Shown here: piece by piece, positions 28,323 to 38,748 of the stretch
Layout: each line of letters starts with the position of its first letter
Numbering within the stretch: the first letter of the stretch is position 1
Assembly (NCBI GenBank): GCA_964441745.1
Contig: CAYTYR010000010.1
Span: forward strand, 11,464-75,463
Direction of reading: 5' to 3'
Source of the DNA: an uncultured Clostridia bacterium
Lineage (GTDB): Bacteria > CAYTYR01 > UBA6262
DNA length: 64,000 bases
The notes under the pieces: model-generated
The model's input: the letters and a program-made list of their open reading frames with translations, nothing else
What the model was told of the DNA's origin: nothing
Database searches by the model: none
Made by a program: the position numbers and the translations under genes

Positions 28323-28398
28323 TAGCGTATAGCGTGTGGCGTATAGCGTTTAGAAAAGCTTTCCTATACGCTACCCGCTAAACGCTTAACGCTACTTA
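28323..28398. repeat. 76-bp hairpin element of TAGCGTA/TACGCTA heptamers, copy 1 (includes the lon stop codon)
   Basis: One mismatch to the copy at 31376-31451. Confidence 0.9.
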
Positions 28399-30731
28399 AC
28401 GAATACTTCCTTAAATACTTCATCGATATGATTTACAGTAATGAATTTGATTTTTTTCTGCACATAATCCGGGATCTCTTCCATATCCTTTTTGTTGTCG
28501 GCCGGAATGATCACGGTTTTAATGCCGGTCCGATAGGCTGCCAGTACTTTTTCTTTCAGCCCGCCGATCGGCAGGACATGGCCGCGCAAGGTGATCTCCC
28601 CGGTCATCGCGACGCTCTTCTTGACTGGTTTATTCGTTAGCGCGGAAAGTATCGCTGTCGCCAGGGTAATACCGGCGCTGGGCCCATCTTTAGGAATGGC
28701 CCCTTCCGGCACATGGACGTGGATCTCTTTGTCTTTCAGGAAATCCTCTTTCAGCTTGTACTTTTTAGCATTGGCCCGGATGAAGCTCAATGCCGCGTGA
28801 GCAGATTCCTGCATCACGTCGCCCAATTTGCCGGTCAGGGTCATTTTCCCTTTGCCTTTCATGATCGATACTTCTATCGCCAGGGTGTCCCCGCCCACTT
28901 CAGTCCAAGCCAGGCCAGTGGCGACTCCCACTTCATTCTCTTCCAGGTGATCTGGATGATATTTGGGTATCCCCAGGAACTTATGGATATTATCTTTCTT
29001 GATATCCAGCGTCTTTTTAACTTTTTCTTTGACGATCTTCTTGGCTACCTTGCGGCACAAGCTGGCAATTTCCCGTTCCAGGTTGCGGACGCCGGCTTCC
29101 CGCGTATATTCAATGATCATTGACTGGATAGTCTCATCATTATAAGTAAACGATTTTTCTTTTAAGCCATTCTCTTTGATCTGTTTGGGAATAATGAACT
29201 GGTTAGCGATCTGGATCTTTTCTTCCGTAGTATATCCGGGGAAATTAATGACTTCCATCCGGTCCAGCAAAGCCGGCGGAATGGAATACAAGGTATTGGC
29301 TGTGGTGATGAACAAGACATCAGACAGGTCAAAATCAACTTCCAGGTAATGATCATTAAAAGCATGGTTTTGCTCCGGATCCAGCACTTCCAGCAAAGCA
29401 GAAGCAGGATCACCGCGGAAATCAAGCCCGATCTTATCCACTTCATCCAGCAAAAATACCGGATTCTTACTCTTGGCTTTGCGCATGGATTGGATGATCC
29501 GTCCAGGCAATGACCCGATGTATGTCCGCCTATGCCCGCGGATCTCGGCTTCGTCCCTCACCCCGCCCAGGGAGATCCGGACAAAATTCCGCTCCATGGC
29601 ATGGGCAATGGAACGGCCCAAAGAAGTTTTCCCGGTACCCGGGGGTCCGACAAAGCAGAGGATGGGCCCTTTGATCTTGCCAGACAGTTTGCAGACAGCC
29701 AGGTACTCCAGGATCCGTTCTTTGGCTTTTTCCAAGCCAAAATGTTCAGCGTTCATTATTTTTTCCGCGTGTTCGATATTAATATTATCCTTGGTCTTGT
29801 TGGACCAAGGTATCGATACCAGCCAGTCCAGGTAGGTACGCACTACTGTCGCTTCAGGCGAATAAGGCATCATCTTTTCCAGGCGTTTCAATTCTTCCCT
29901 GGCTTTTTCCTCTGCCTCTTTGCTCAGCTTGGCGTCTTTCAGCTTGCGGTACAGGTCATCCAGTTCCTTGCCATATTCATCTTTTTGCTTCAATTCTTTT
30001 TGGATAGCTTTCATCTGCTCGCTAAGGTAATATTCTTTTTGCGATTTCTCGATCTGCTGACGTACCCGGCCCTGGATCTTGCGTTCTATGCCCAGAATCT
30101 CATTTTCCGAATTCAGCACTACCATCAGCCGCTCCAAGCGGGCCATGGGCTCATCCAGGGATAAGAGCTCTTGTTTGTCCTTGACCTTTATATTTAAATG
30201 GGCGCAAATGGCATCCACCAGCGCGTCCGGGTTCTCCAGATTGTTGACCGACATCGCCATTTCGATCGGCAAGCGCCGGTTCAGCTTGACATACTGCTCA
30301 AACTGGCTAACCACGTTGCGCATCAACGCTTCCATCTCCGGAGTCTTAACCGCCGGAGAGATAATTTTCTTTATCTTTACTGAAAAGAATTCATTATTAG
30401 GCAGATATTGTTCTACTTTCACCCGCGCGATGCCTTCGACGAATAGCTTGATTGTGCCGTCACCCATTTTCAGCAACTGCAGTATTTCCGCCACTGTCCC
30501 GACATCATAGATATCCGCTGTTTGCGGATCTTCCTGGGCCGCCATCTTCTGGGTGGCCAGGACGATCAAGCGCCCTTTGGCCATAGCTTCATCCAGGGAC
30601 TTGATCGACTTCTGCCGCCCGACAGATAAAGGCACGACCATATAGGGGAAAATAACAATATCCCGTACCGGCAATAATGGTAAACTTTCAGGTATTTCTA
30701 TCTTTTTTTCCGTATTCACTTGATCAACCAT
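28392..30731 (-). CDS. lon: Endopeptidase La (Lon)
   Basis: LPVRDIV.FP, GPPGTGKTS, PKDGPSAG, GGLKEK. Confidence 0.97.
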   Translation of the reverse strand: MVDQVNTEKKIEIPESLPLLPVRDIVIFPYMVVPLSVGRQKSIKSLDEAMAKGRLIVLATQKMAAQEDPQTADIYDVGTVAEILQLLKMGDGTIKLFVEGIARVKVEQYLPNNEFFSVKIKKIISPAVKTPEMEALMRNVVSQFEQYVKLNRRLPIEMAMSVNNLENPDALVDAICAHLNIKVKDKQELLSLDEPMARLERLMVVLNSENEILGIERKIQGRVRQQIEKSQKEYYLSEQMKAIQKELKQKDEYGKELDDLYRKLKDAKLSKEAEEKAREELKRLEKMMPYSPEATVVRTYLDWLVSIPWSNKTKDNINIEHAEKIMNAEHFGLEKAKERILEYLAVCKLSGKIKGPILCFVGPPGTGKTSLGRSIAHAMERNFVRISLGGVRDEAEIRGHRRTYIGSLPGRIIQSMRKAKSKNPVFLLDEVDKIGLDFRGDPASALLEVLDPEQNHAFNDHYLEVDFDLSDVLFITTANTLYSIPPALLDRMEVINFPGYTTEEKIQIANQFIIPKQIKENGLKEKSFTYNDETIQSMIIEYTREAGVRNLEREIASLCRKVAKKIVKEKVKKTLDIKKDNIHKFLGIPKYHPDHLEENEVGVATGLAWTEVGGDTLAIEVSIMKGKGKMTLTGKLGDVMQESAHAALSFIRANAKKYKLKEDFLKDKEIHVHVPEGAIPKDGPSAGITLATAILSALTNKPVKKSVAMTGEITLRGHVLPIGGLKEKVLAAYRTGIKTVIIPADNKKDMEEIPDYVQKKIKFITVNHIDEVFKEVFVK

Positions 30732-30775
30732 ATCTCTCCCTTTTTCACTTTATCACTTACCACTTTACCACTGTC

Positions 30776-31360
30776 TTACTTATGTTCCTTAATGATCTCA
30801 TCCACCAAACCATATTCCTTGGCTTCTTCCGCGCTCATAAAATAATCGCGGTCAGTGTCTTTCTTCACCCGTTCTACCGATTGGCCGGTATGCATCGAGA
30901 TCAATTCATTGATCTTGTCCTGCATCCTGAGAATTTCCTTGGCCTGGATCCCGATATCGCTGGCCTGCCCCTGCGCCCCACCCAGCGGCTGGTGTATCAT
31001 TACCCTGGCATTCGGCAAGATGAATCTCTTGCCCTTGGTGCCGCAGGACAGCAAAACCGCGGCCATGCTGGCAGCCTGTCCCATGCAAATAGTTGATACA
31101 GCCGGCTTGATGAACTGGATCGTGTCATAGATGGCCAATCCTGCCGTCACTGACCCGCCAGGTGAATTCACATAAAGGGAAATATCTTTGTTGGAGTCTT
31201 CAGCCGCCAAAAACAACAACTGGGCAATGATCAAGTTAGCGACATCATCATCGATCGGCGTACCGATAAAGATGATCCGGTCTTTCAAGAGACGGGAATA
31301 AATATCAAACGCTCTTTCACCATGCTGCGATTGCTCCACCACCATCGGTATTAAGCTCAT
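30776..31360 (-). CDS. clpP: ATP-dependent Clp protease proteolytic subunit
   Basis: [31 protein letters not shown]. Start at MSLIP after a GGAGG RBS. Confidence 0.97.
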   Translation of the reverse strand: MSLIPMVVEQSQHGERAFDIYSRLLKDRIIFIGTPIDDDVANLIIAQLLFLAAEDSNKDISLYVNSPGGSVTAGLAIYDTIQFIKPAVSTICMGQAASMAAVLLSCGTKGKRFILPNARVMIHQPLGGAQGQASDIGIQAKEILRMQDKINELISMHTGQSVERVKKDTDRDYFMSAEEAKEYGLVDEIIKEHK

Positions 31361-31375
31361 GAGAACCTCCAAGAT

Positions 31376-31451
31376 TAGCGTATAGCGTATGGCGTATAGC
31401 GTTTAGAAAAGCTTTCCTATACGCTACCCGCTAAACGCTTAACGCTACTTA
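31376..31451. repeat. 76-bp hairpin element, copy 2 (includes the tig stop codon)
   Basis: Near-identical to 28323-28398. Confidence 0.9.
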
Positions 31452-32761
31452 TCTTTTTTCTCGTGTTTCTTAGCTACTTCCTTAATATCCGCATTATCAA
31501 GCAGGAATTTAAATACTTTATCTTCGATCATCTGGCTGATTATCTGGCCATGATATTTCTTGAAAAACTCCGCGACTTCATCAGGCGTCTTTTTATATAT
31601 TTCCTGGGTCTTAGCCATTTCCTGGCGCAGTTCTTCTTCAGTTATTTCCATTTTTTCGGCATGGCCGATGGCTTCCAGCAAGAGCAGGGACTTTACCTGC
31701 CGCTCGGCATCATGCTTTACCTTAGCCCGCATAATTTCATCGGTAAGCCCCAGCGCCTCAGTCGTGCCGCCCTGTTGGGCAATATAGTGTTTAGTGCGGT
31801 CCACCAGGTAATCCACCTGCTTTTCTACCAAGACATTCGGCAAGGGGAACTCATGAGCGGCGATCAAGCTGTTCACGATCTGTTCTTCCACTTCTTTCTT
31901 GATCCGTATCTCTTCCTGGCTCAGGATATTTTTCTTGATCCGCTCTCTCAGTTCAGCCAGGGTAATATTCTCACCCAGTTCTTTGACAAACTCATCAGTC
32001 AATTCTGGGAGCTTCTTCTCTTTTATTTCGTTAATAGCTATCTTGACCAGGACTTCCTTACCAGCCAATTCTTTTCTCTTAAAATCAGCCGGCATCGTCA
32101 CATTAATTTCTTTTTGCTCGCCCTTCTTCATTCCCACCATTTGCTCGGCAAATTTAGGCAGCAACTGATCATCTTCCACCTGGGCTATCTGGTTTTGGAC
32201 TTTAGTTTCGCTCACCGGCTGGCCCTCATGGAACATTTCATAATCCATAGCCACGAAATCGCCTTTTTTCACTTCATCATGGCTGGCTACTTCCAGCTTG
32301 GCCGCTCTTTGGCGCAGGTTTTCCAATGCCGCAGCGACCTGCTCGTCAGTAACTTCCAGCTTTTCCTTTTCTACTTTTATCCCTTTGTAATCCTGCAGTT
32401 TGACTTCTGGTTTCACTTCAAAGGTCGCCTTGAACGTCAACTCCTGGTCAAAGTCAAATTCCAATGCTTCTACATTAGTCTCACCGACTGGGTCAAGTTT
32501 ATTCTCCTGGGCTACATGCTCAATCGCCTCTGGCACCAGTTTCTGCAGCATTTCATCCCGGGCTATTTTGGCAAAACTTTTCCGTACCATCTCTGCCGGC
32601 GCTTTGCCCTGCCTGAAGCCAGGCAAGGTCGCCACTTTTTGGATCTGGGAAAATGCCGCCTTTGATCTTTCTTCGATCTTTTCTTTAGGTATGGCTATTT
32701 CCAAGCATACCTTACACGGTTCCGGTCTGGTCACCGTTGCTTTCAAATCAAGTTCGTTCAC
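31445..32761 (-). CDS. tig: Trigger factor
   Basis: LPGFRQGKAP, an FKBP-like middle domain, and position upstream of clpP. Confidence 0.95.
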   Translation of the reverse strand: MNELDLKATVTRPEPCKVCLEIAIPKEKIEERSKAAFSQIQKVATLPGFRQGKAPAEMVRKSFAKIARDEMLQKLVPEAIEHVAQENKLDPVGETNVEALEFDFDQELTFKATFEVKPEVKLQDYKGIKVEKEKLEVTDEQVAAALENLRQRAAKLEVASHDEVKKGDFVAMDYEMFHEGQPVSETKVQNQIAQVEDDQLLPKFAEQMVGMKKGEQKEINVTMPADFKRKELAGKEVLVKIAINEIKEKKLPELTDEFVKELGENITLAELRERIKKNILSQEEIRIKKEVEEQIVNSLIAAHEFPLPNVLVEKQVDYLVDRTKHYIAQQGGTTEALGLTDEIMRAKVKHDAERQVKSLLLLEAIGHAEKMEITEEELRQEMAKTQEIYKKTPDEVAEFFKKYHGQIISQMIEDKVFKFLLDNADIKEVAKKHEKKDK

Positions 32762-32825
32762 ATTCAGCTCCTGTTTTTAAATTAAATACAGTTTCCACTC
32801 TACCACTCTACCACTTACCACTTTA

Positions 32826-34025
32826 TCACTTACCACTGTTTTCCTTTATTCCCATAAATATTTCATCCAGTATTTTTACTCCTGCCTTAATCTCGCTCAG
32901 CTTGGCGGTGATTGGCGGCAGAAGACGTATCACCTTATCCGCGGTGCAGTTTATCAGCAGTCCCTTATCCCGCGCCTGGGTGACAATGTCTGCCCCTGCC
33001 ATCTCCAGCTCAATACCGACCATCATGCCTTTACCGCGCACATCCTTGACAAATTTGTATTTACCTTCAAAGTTCGTCAATTTCTCCAGTAATATTTTAC
33101 CCAGACTGGCCGCGTTATCCAGCAGTTTATCTTCGATAATAGACTGCAACACTGCTTTAGCCGCAGCGCAGCATACCGGATTGCCGCCAAAGGTGGAAGC
33201 ATGATGTCCCGGTTTGAAATACTCGGCTATTTCCGGTACTGCCAGCATCGCGCCGAGAGGCAATCCGCCGCCCAAGGCTTTGGCCAGGGTCATCACATCC
33301 GGCTTCACGCCAAAATGCTCATAAGCAAATAATTTCCCGGTCCGGCCAATGCCAGTCTGCACTTCATCAAAGATCAGCAGGATATTATTGTCATCGCAGA
33401 TCTCCCGCAATCCCTTGATAAAGGATATTTCCCCGATATTGACTCCGCCCTCTCCCTGGATCGGCTCTACCATAATGGCGCAAGTCTTCTTCGTGATCAG
33501 TTTTGTCACTGAACCAAGGTCATTGAACTTGGCATACTTGAATCCCGGAGTCAGCGGCTCAAATCCCTTCTGGTATTTGGTCTGTCCGGTAGCCGTAATG
33601 GTAGTCAAAGTCCGGCCATGAAATGATTCCTCCATGGTAATGATCTCAAACTTGCCACCATGCTCACTGCCCCATTTACGCGCCAGCTTGATCGCTCCTT
33701 CATTAGCTTCCGCGCCGCTGTTGCAGAAGAACACCTTGCCGCCAAAATGAGTGCCCAGGATCTTCGCCACTTCCAGCATCGGCTCAGTCATGAAAATATT
33801 AGAGGTATGCATGATCGTGCCGGCTTGTTCCTTGATGGCCTTCACTATTTTAGCATTGCTATTGCCCAGGTTATTGACTGCCAGGCCGCTGAAAAAATCC
33901 AGGTACTTATTGCCGGCGCTGTCCCACACCCAGGAACCTTTCCCCTTGACCAACAGCAGCGGTTGCCGCTTGTAGGTCGAGAAAATATATTTTTCGTCCA
34001 TCTTTTTAGCTTGCTTAAAATCCAT
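32826..34025 (-). CDS. argD: Acetylornithine aminotransferase
   Basis: NSGAEANE, SFHGRT, EPIQGEGG, FDEVQTG.GRTG, TLAKALGGG, STFGGNP. Confidence 0.93.
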   Translation of the reverse strand: MDFKQAKKMDEKYIFSTYKRQPLLLVKGKGSWVWDSAGNKYLDFFSGLAVNNLGNSNAKIVKAIKEQAGTIMHTSNIFMTEPMLEVAKILGTHFGGKVFFCNSGAEANEGAIKLARKWGSEHGGKFEIITMEESFHGRTLTTITATGQTKYQKGFEPLTPGFKYAKFNDLGSVTKLITKKTCAIMVEPIQGEGGVNIGEISFIKGLREICDDNNILLIFDEVQTGIGRTGKLFAYEHFGVKPDVMTLAKALGGGLPLGAMLAVPEIAEYFKPGHHASTFGGNPVCCAAAKAVLQSIIEDKLLDNAASLGKILLEKLTNFEGKYKFVKDVRGKGMMVGIELEMAGADIVTQARDKGLLINCTADKVIRLLPPITAKLSEIKAGVKILDEIFMGIKENSGK

Positions 34026-34039
34026 ACTAGTCTCCTGTC

Positions 34040-34834
34040 TCATCCTTTTATAAAACGTGTGCCTAATTGATTGGCAGTACTTATTATCTTCAACATCGCG
34101 TGCGGCACCCGACCATCGATGATATCGATCTCGCGCACTCCTCGCAGTAAAGCTTCGCGGCAGGAGCTGATTTTCGGGATCATTCCGCCGCTTACTATCT
34201 TATCCTTGACCAATCCAGCGACCTGGCTGGCCTTGATCACCGGGATAGTAGAAGAAGAGTCTGCCGCGTTAGCCAGCACGCCTTTAACATCAGTCAACAA
34301 TACCAGCCGTTCAGCTTTCAGGGCTTGCGCCACTTTTGTTGCCACCATATCAGCGTTGATATTATAGGTCTGTCCCTTGGCGTCAGCGCCCAGGGAGGAC
34401 ACAACGACTATATGTTCCTTCATCAGGTCCAATAATAGTTTAGTATTTACTTTAGTTACTTCACCGACAAACCCGAGATCATACTGTGTTTTTATCTTCT
34501 TCGCCAGTAATAATTTCCCGTCTTTGCCGCTTAAGCCGATCGCCGAGGCTCCCAGGCTATTCAGGGACCCGACAATATCCTTGTTCACTTTGCCGGAAAG
34601 GACCATTTCCACTATTTCTATCGTCTTGGTATCAGTCACCCTCAAGCCATTGACGAATTTCGGTTCTTGTCCCACTATTTTCAGCATGGCATTTATTTCC
34701 GGCCCGCCGCCATGGCAAATAACCAGATGATAGCCTCTCTCCCACAGAGCGGCAATATCCTTAAAAAATCCCTTTTTTATCGTCTGGTTAACAGCAATAC
34801 TGCCCCCGAACTTTACCACCATTGTTTTTTTCAT
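34040..34834 (-). CDS. argB: Acetylglutamate kinase
   Basis: VKFGGS, HGGGPEI, GLRVTD, NINAD, GGMIPK. Confidence 0.96.
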   Translation of the reverse strand: MKKTMVVKFGGSIAVNQTIKKGFFKDIAALWERGYHLVICHGGGPEINAMLKIVGQEPKFVNGLRVTDTKTIEIVEMVLSGKVNKDIVGSLNSLGASAIGLSGKDGKLLLAKKIKTQYDLGFVGEVTKVNTKLLLDLMKEHIVVVSSLGADAKGQTYNINADMVATKVAQALKAERLVLLTDVKGVLANAADSSSTIPVIKASQVAGLVKDKIVSGGMIPKISSCREALLRGVREIDIIDGRVPHAMLKIISTANQLGTRFIKG

Positions 34835-34856
34835 TTTATTATCCTTATCTACACCT

Positions 34857-34896
34857 GTCCCCCCTGCCAGTTTCGCTCCACGAAACTAGGGGGGAT
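34857..34896. repeat. REP-like ~40 bp hairpin, copy 2 of 3
   Basis: gtcccccctgccagtttcg...cgaaactagggggga. Confidence 0.8.
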
Positions 34897-34974
34897 AAAA
34901 CAACAAGCCCGCATCACCTGCTCTAGCGGGCTGGTTTTATTATACTACAAATTTGCTTGGCTGGCAAGGATAAA

Positions 34975-35640
34975 TTATGCGGTTAGTTGGTCTTTAAGCT
35001 GCCTGGTCAGGATAGTGAAGTTCTTTTCCTGGTAGTATTTCCGCTGGCCCGGCTCAAGCAAAGAACCGAGCTTGACTGCATAATCATTTCTTTGCAATTC
35101 TTCTATCCCCTTAACCAATGCCTTTAACTCTTCAGCCGTAGCGGTAACCGCCACCCCTTTTTTCAGCAAAAACTCCAGGTCATAGACATCCCTGATTTCT
35201 CTCCGGCTCAGGAAAGCCTCGATCTTGGCCCGCATCATTTCTTGCAGACTAACCACCCGCAAGAGGACTTGGACATTGGACTGAGAGCTAAAAGCAATAG
35301 CCGACTCCGTGTTTATTTTCTTAAGTTCTTTCCTGATCTCGATTTTCAGGGAACGCGCATAGGCCGGTGATTTGAGCTCAAAAAGCATGGTATGGAACTT
35401 ATTAGCCGCAGCAGTAATAGTATAGACCTGGGCTAGATAAGTCTTTAATTTCTGGAAATACTCCTTAGGCTCAATATCCTTAATTACCCAGAAATCAAGG
35501 TCCACCGAGTACCGCCCCAGCCCGTGGCAGAGACGCAGCATGGTCCCGCCGCCAAAAACAAGATTCCGGAGAAACCGGCCGCTATTCAGCCGGTCCAGGA
35601 CTTCCAATTCAAATTGTTCGTGCTTTTTCAGATCTTGCAT
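34975..35640 (-). CDS. AbiEii-family nucleotidyltransferase (type IV TA toxin)
   Basis: FGGGTMLRL.HGL.RYSVDLDF, KIEA...R.E.RDVYDL. Confidence 0.9.
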   Translation of the reverse strand: MQDLKKHEQFELEVLDRLNSGRFLRNLVFGGGTMLRLCHGLGRYSVDLDFWVIKDIEPKEYFQKLKTYLAQVYTITAAANKFHTMLFELKSPAYARSLKIEIRKELKKINTESAIAFSSQSNVQVLLRVVSLQEMMRAKIEAFLSRREIRDVYDLEFLLKKGVAVTATAEELKALVKGIEELQRNDYAVKLGSLLEPGQRKYYQEKNFTILTRQLKDQLTA

Positions 35641-36224
35641 ATATTCCTCACTATTTTCCTGGTTTTAGCCGGGTATGGCTTCAGCATTTTGGCTATTTTT
35701 GCTTGATCCAATTTGCTGAGATCCAGGGAATTAAGGTCAATTTTATATTTACCAAAAGAATAAAGATACAGAGCATCCAGAAAGGCCTTTTCCTTGGTCG
35801 CAATGAACAAACTGCCCTGCCTGACAAAATCACCATAATACTTTTGTTGCAGTTTGTAATACTTAAAAACCACTCCGTTAGTTTCATACATAATGGTTCG
35901 TTTCCAGGCCGCGCTCTCTATGAATCCCTGCTGCATTTGGCTGGTCACTTCATAATAAGACAAAGCGCTCATGAAGGAAATATACGAAGGCACTTGCAGG
36001 ATATTGGCGATTTGACGAAGCTCCTGGTCACTGATATTTTGCCATTTCTGGGCAGTAGTAAAATAGTTATTCCTTAACTTGACCAGCAGTCCCTTTTGGA
36101 CATACCGGCTGCAAAACACACTGGCCGAAGGCGCTTGAATCCCCAAAGTCTCAGCCACCTCCGCCACTGTAAAATAAATCTTTTGGCTCAATTCCTGTAT
36201 TTTTAGGCTATTTTTACTAAGCAT
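35628..36224 (-). CDS. AbiEi-family antitoxin
   Basis: N-terminal wHTH-like region, PSYISFMSALSYY, ATKEKAFLD. Overlaps the toxin gene; a TTGACA-17-TATTAT promoter lies just upstream. Confidence 0.85.
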   Translation of the reverse strand: MLSKNSLKIQELSQKIYFTVAEVAETLGIQAPSASVFCSRYVQKGLLVKLRNNYFTTAQKWQNISDQELRQIANILQVPSYISFMSALSYYEVTSQMQQGFIESAAWKRTIMYETNGVVFKYYKLQQKYYGDFVRQGSLFIATKEKAFLDALYLYSFGKYKIDLNSLDLSKLDQAKIAKMLKPYPAKTRKIVRNICKI

Positions 36225-36277
36225 ATATTCTTATCTCCTATGATAATAATATATCCTTAGTAGTATTTTGTCAAGTA

Positions 36278-38008
36278 TTACTTGCTAGTTTTTATCTTCA
36301 GCCAATCGCCATTAGTCGTAAACCGGATATTACCATCCCTCGCTGTACTCCAAATCCTCTCATCCTCCGGCGCCACCCTGCTCGACACCACTAGGTATCC
36401 GCTCTGCGGCAAATCCCCAGCTATCTCCTTGCCATGATTCGGCAGTTGCACTACATCCGCCCATATCCCATCCGGGATACAGCCATCACTGGTAAACAAA
36501 AAGCTCTTCTCCTTATACTTCAGCTTAGTCATAAGACACTGGCCATCACCAGGCAAGTTTTCCAACTGCGTCTCCGGACTTAAATGGAGCGTTTCCCCGC
36601 CCTGCCATTCCTGCAGGTAAATCTTTTTATCCCGTATTTTCATTAGCAGGTCCCGCATATACTCTTGCTGTAGTCCTGATACATCCAGGACTGGCATGAT
36701 CACCTGCCGCACCGTGAATTTATCCAGTACCACCAGCAATCCCTGCACATGATTGTAATGCGGATGAGTTAAGATCACCGTATCCAGCGAGCTGATACCC
36801 TGGTCCCACAGGTATGGCGCTACTCTCCGGTCCGCAATATTATATCCCGGGTCCAGGCCGCCGCCGCCATCGATCAGGACAGCGGTCTGGCCAGGCAAAT
36901 GCACCAGGATACTGTCTCCCTGGCTGACATTCAGGAACGAGACTGCTAATGGCTGGTAAACTGTTTTGTGCGCCGCTGTATTCACCAGTACACAGCCCGC
37001 CAGGCTATAGGCCAGGTATTTCTGCCTGTGCCCGGTCCGCCACCACCAGAGCGCGCCGTAATACACTGCCAGCGTGACTATTCCCGGAGTCGCCAGATAG
37101 ACAAAGGCATACGGGAATTGGTCAAAAAACCGCACGATAGCCAATAATAATACCAGCAAATAATGATTTAATTGTATGAGCACATTGCCCAAAGGAGCAA
37201 ACAGCAGGCGCACAAAATACGAGGCAAAGCCAACCCCGGTGATTACCCCGACCAGCGGCACCACTGCCAGGTTAGACAGCGGCGAAATGATGGAAAACTT
37301 ATGAAAATAATAGATAATGAGCGGAGTCACTGCTGCCTGCGCCCCCAGGGTAACCGCCAAACTACCGCCCACGACTTTTCCCAGCGGCTTGAGCAGGGAC
37401 ATCAGCTTGGGAGTGAATAAAATGATCCCCAGAGTCGCGGCAAAAGAAAGCTGGAATCCGACATTGAACAAGTTGCCAGGGTCATACAACAGTAATAATA
37501 GCGCCGCCAGGCAAAGACTATTCAGCATATCCCGGTCCCGTTCCAGGATTACCGCAGTGAGGCCGACTATCGCCATGACCACTGCCCGGTTGACGCTGGC
37601 TTGCGCGCCAGTCACCTGGGCGAAGATCAGCAAAATAAATATTAAGATGAAAGAAGCCTGCTTTTTCTGACAGCGGCAAAACCTTGTGAGCAGGAAAAAG
37701 AATATCACCGCCACCATCCCCACATTCAAGCCGCTCACCGCCAGGATATGCATCACCCCGGTATCAGCAAACATATCTTTTATCTCCCGGGATATTTCTG
37801 TTTTCTCGCCTAGCATAATACCCCTCAGCAGAGCTGACGATCCTGCCGGCAAGCCATAGCTGATGTTCTGGGCCATATTCTTTTGCAGCGCCTGGACCCA
37901 TGGCGCCTGGGACGGGACAGCGGGAGCAGTCAGGGCCGGATACCACCACCAGTTAGCCGCAATGATCAAACCTATAAACACTAAAGTGATTACCGCTATC
38001 GGCCGCAC
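36278..38008 (-). CDS. comEC: ComEC/Rec2 competence protein (short N-terminus)
   Basis: GVMHILAVSGLNV, SVNRA..M, GFQLSF, FLNVSQGDS, LIDGG, THPHYNH. GTG start chosen downstream of the REP element. Confidence 0.88.
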   Translation of the reverse strand: MRPIAVITLVFIGLIIAANWWWYPALTAPAVPSQAPWVQALQKNMAQNISYGLPAGSSALLRGIMLGEKTEISREIKDMFADTGVMHILAVSGLNVGMVAVIFFFLLTRFCRCQKKQASFILIFILLIFAQVTGAQASVNRAVVMAIVGLTAVILERDRDMLNSLCLAALLLLLYDPGNLFNVGFQLSFAATLGIILFTPKLMSLLKPLGKVVGGSLAVTLGAQAAVTPLIIYYFHKFSIISPLSNLAVVPLVGVITGVGFASYFVRLLFAPLGNVLIQLNHYLLVLLLAIVRFFDQFPYAFVYLATPGIVTLAVYYGALWWWRTGHRQKYLAYSLAGCVLVNTAAHKTVYQPLAVSFLNVSQGDSILVHLPGQTAVLIDGGGGLDPGYNIADRRVAPYLWDQGISSLDTVILTHPHYNHVQGLLVVLDKFTVRQVIMPVLDVSGLQQEYMRDLLMKIRDKKIYLQEWQGGETLHLSPETQLENLPGDGQCLMTKLKYKEKSFLFTSDGCIPDGIWADVVQLPNHGKEIAGDLPQSGYLVVSSRVAPEDERIWSTARDGNIRFTTNGDWLKIKTSK

Positions 38009-38181
38009 TATCCCCCCTAAAAAATATGAAGCGCCACGACTTCGAAAGTCGTGGTTGCGAAATCCGCCTGAGGCGGAAAAAAAACCGCCCGCCAACATTC
38101 CCTGGCGGGCAAATACATCGCCTTAATCTGTGTAATCCCTGTCCGCCTCTGGCGGATCTTTCTAAATCGGTGTAATCGTAC

Positions 38182-38730
38182 TTACAGTTTAAACCCTGCT
38201 CCGATACTCTTCAACTCTGTCACCAATGCGTCTATCTCTTCCTTACTCGCTACTCCCTGCCCGATCTTGCTCTTAATATCTTCCAGCTTAAAGATGATCC
38301 TCTGCAGATGTTCACGGTCACCGACCATCTTTTCTTTGAGCTCATCTATCATACTGTTAAATCTTAAGGCAATTTCCTTAAATTCATCCCCTTTGCGCAA
38401 CTCTATTTTCTGGGTAAAATCACCTTCGGCTATTTTAATCATCCCATTTTCCAGATGCATCAATGGGCCGGCCACTTCATGGGAAATAAAGACACTGACT
38501 ACGATCACGGCTAATAATATCATCGGCAAACTGCGCGCCAGCATTTGGTTATATTTTGTCACCAGATCTACGACATCGCCGGACCTGGTCTTTTCCAGGA
38601 TAATGGAGCCAGCTTCATAATAGAGATTCCAGCCCACTACGGCTACCACGAATAAGATGGCAAAGACCAATAATGCGGCGTATTTGAATTGATAACTGGC
38701 CTTTACCAGGTAATTCCTTCTTCTTAGCAT
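38182..38730 (-). CDS. Two-TM HAMP protein without a recognisable output domain
   Basis: RRRNYLVK..YQ, two TM helices, SHEVAGPL...GDF...LRKGDEF, then a short coiled coil. Confidence 0.8.
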   Translation of the reverse strand: MLRRRNYLVKASYQFKYAALLVFAILFVVAVVGWNLYYEAGSIILEKTRSGDVVDLVTKYNQMLARSLPMILLAVIVVSVFISHEVAGPLMHLENGMIKIAEGDFTQKIELRKGDEFKEIALRFNSMIDELKEKMVGDREHLQRIIFKLEDIKSKIGQGVASKEEIDALVTELKSIGAGFKL

Positions 38731-38748
38731 AGGACACCTTTATGAGGT

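Noticed and set aside
31463-32665. 400-aa plus-strand ORF, and the many other plus-strand ORFs in the track (e.g. 56-550, 1851-2561, 18494-19204, 29532-30164)
   Set aside because: All are antisense shadows of well-supported minus-strand genes, with no recognisable motifs.
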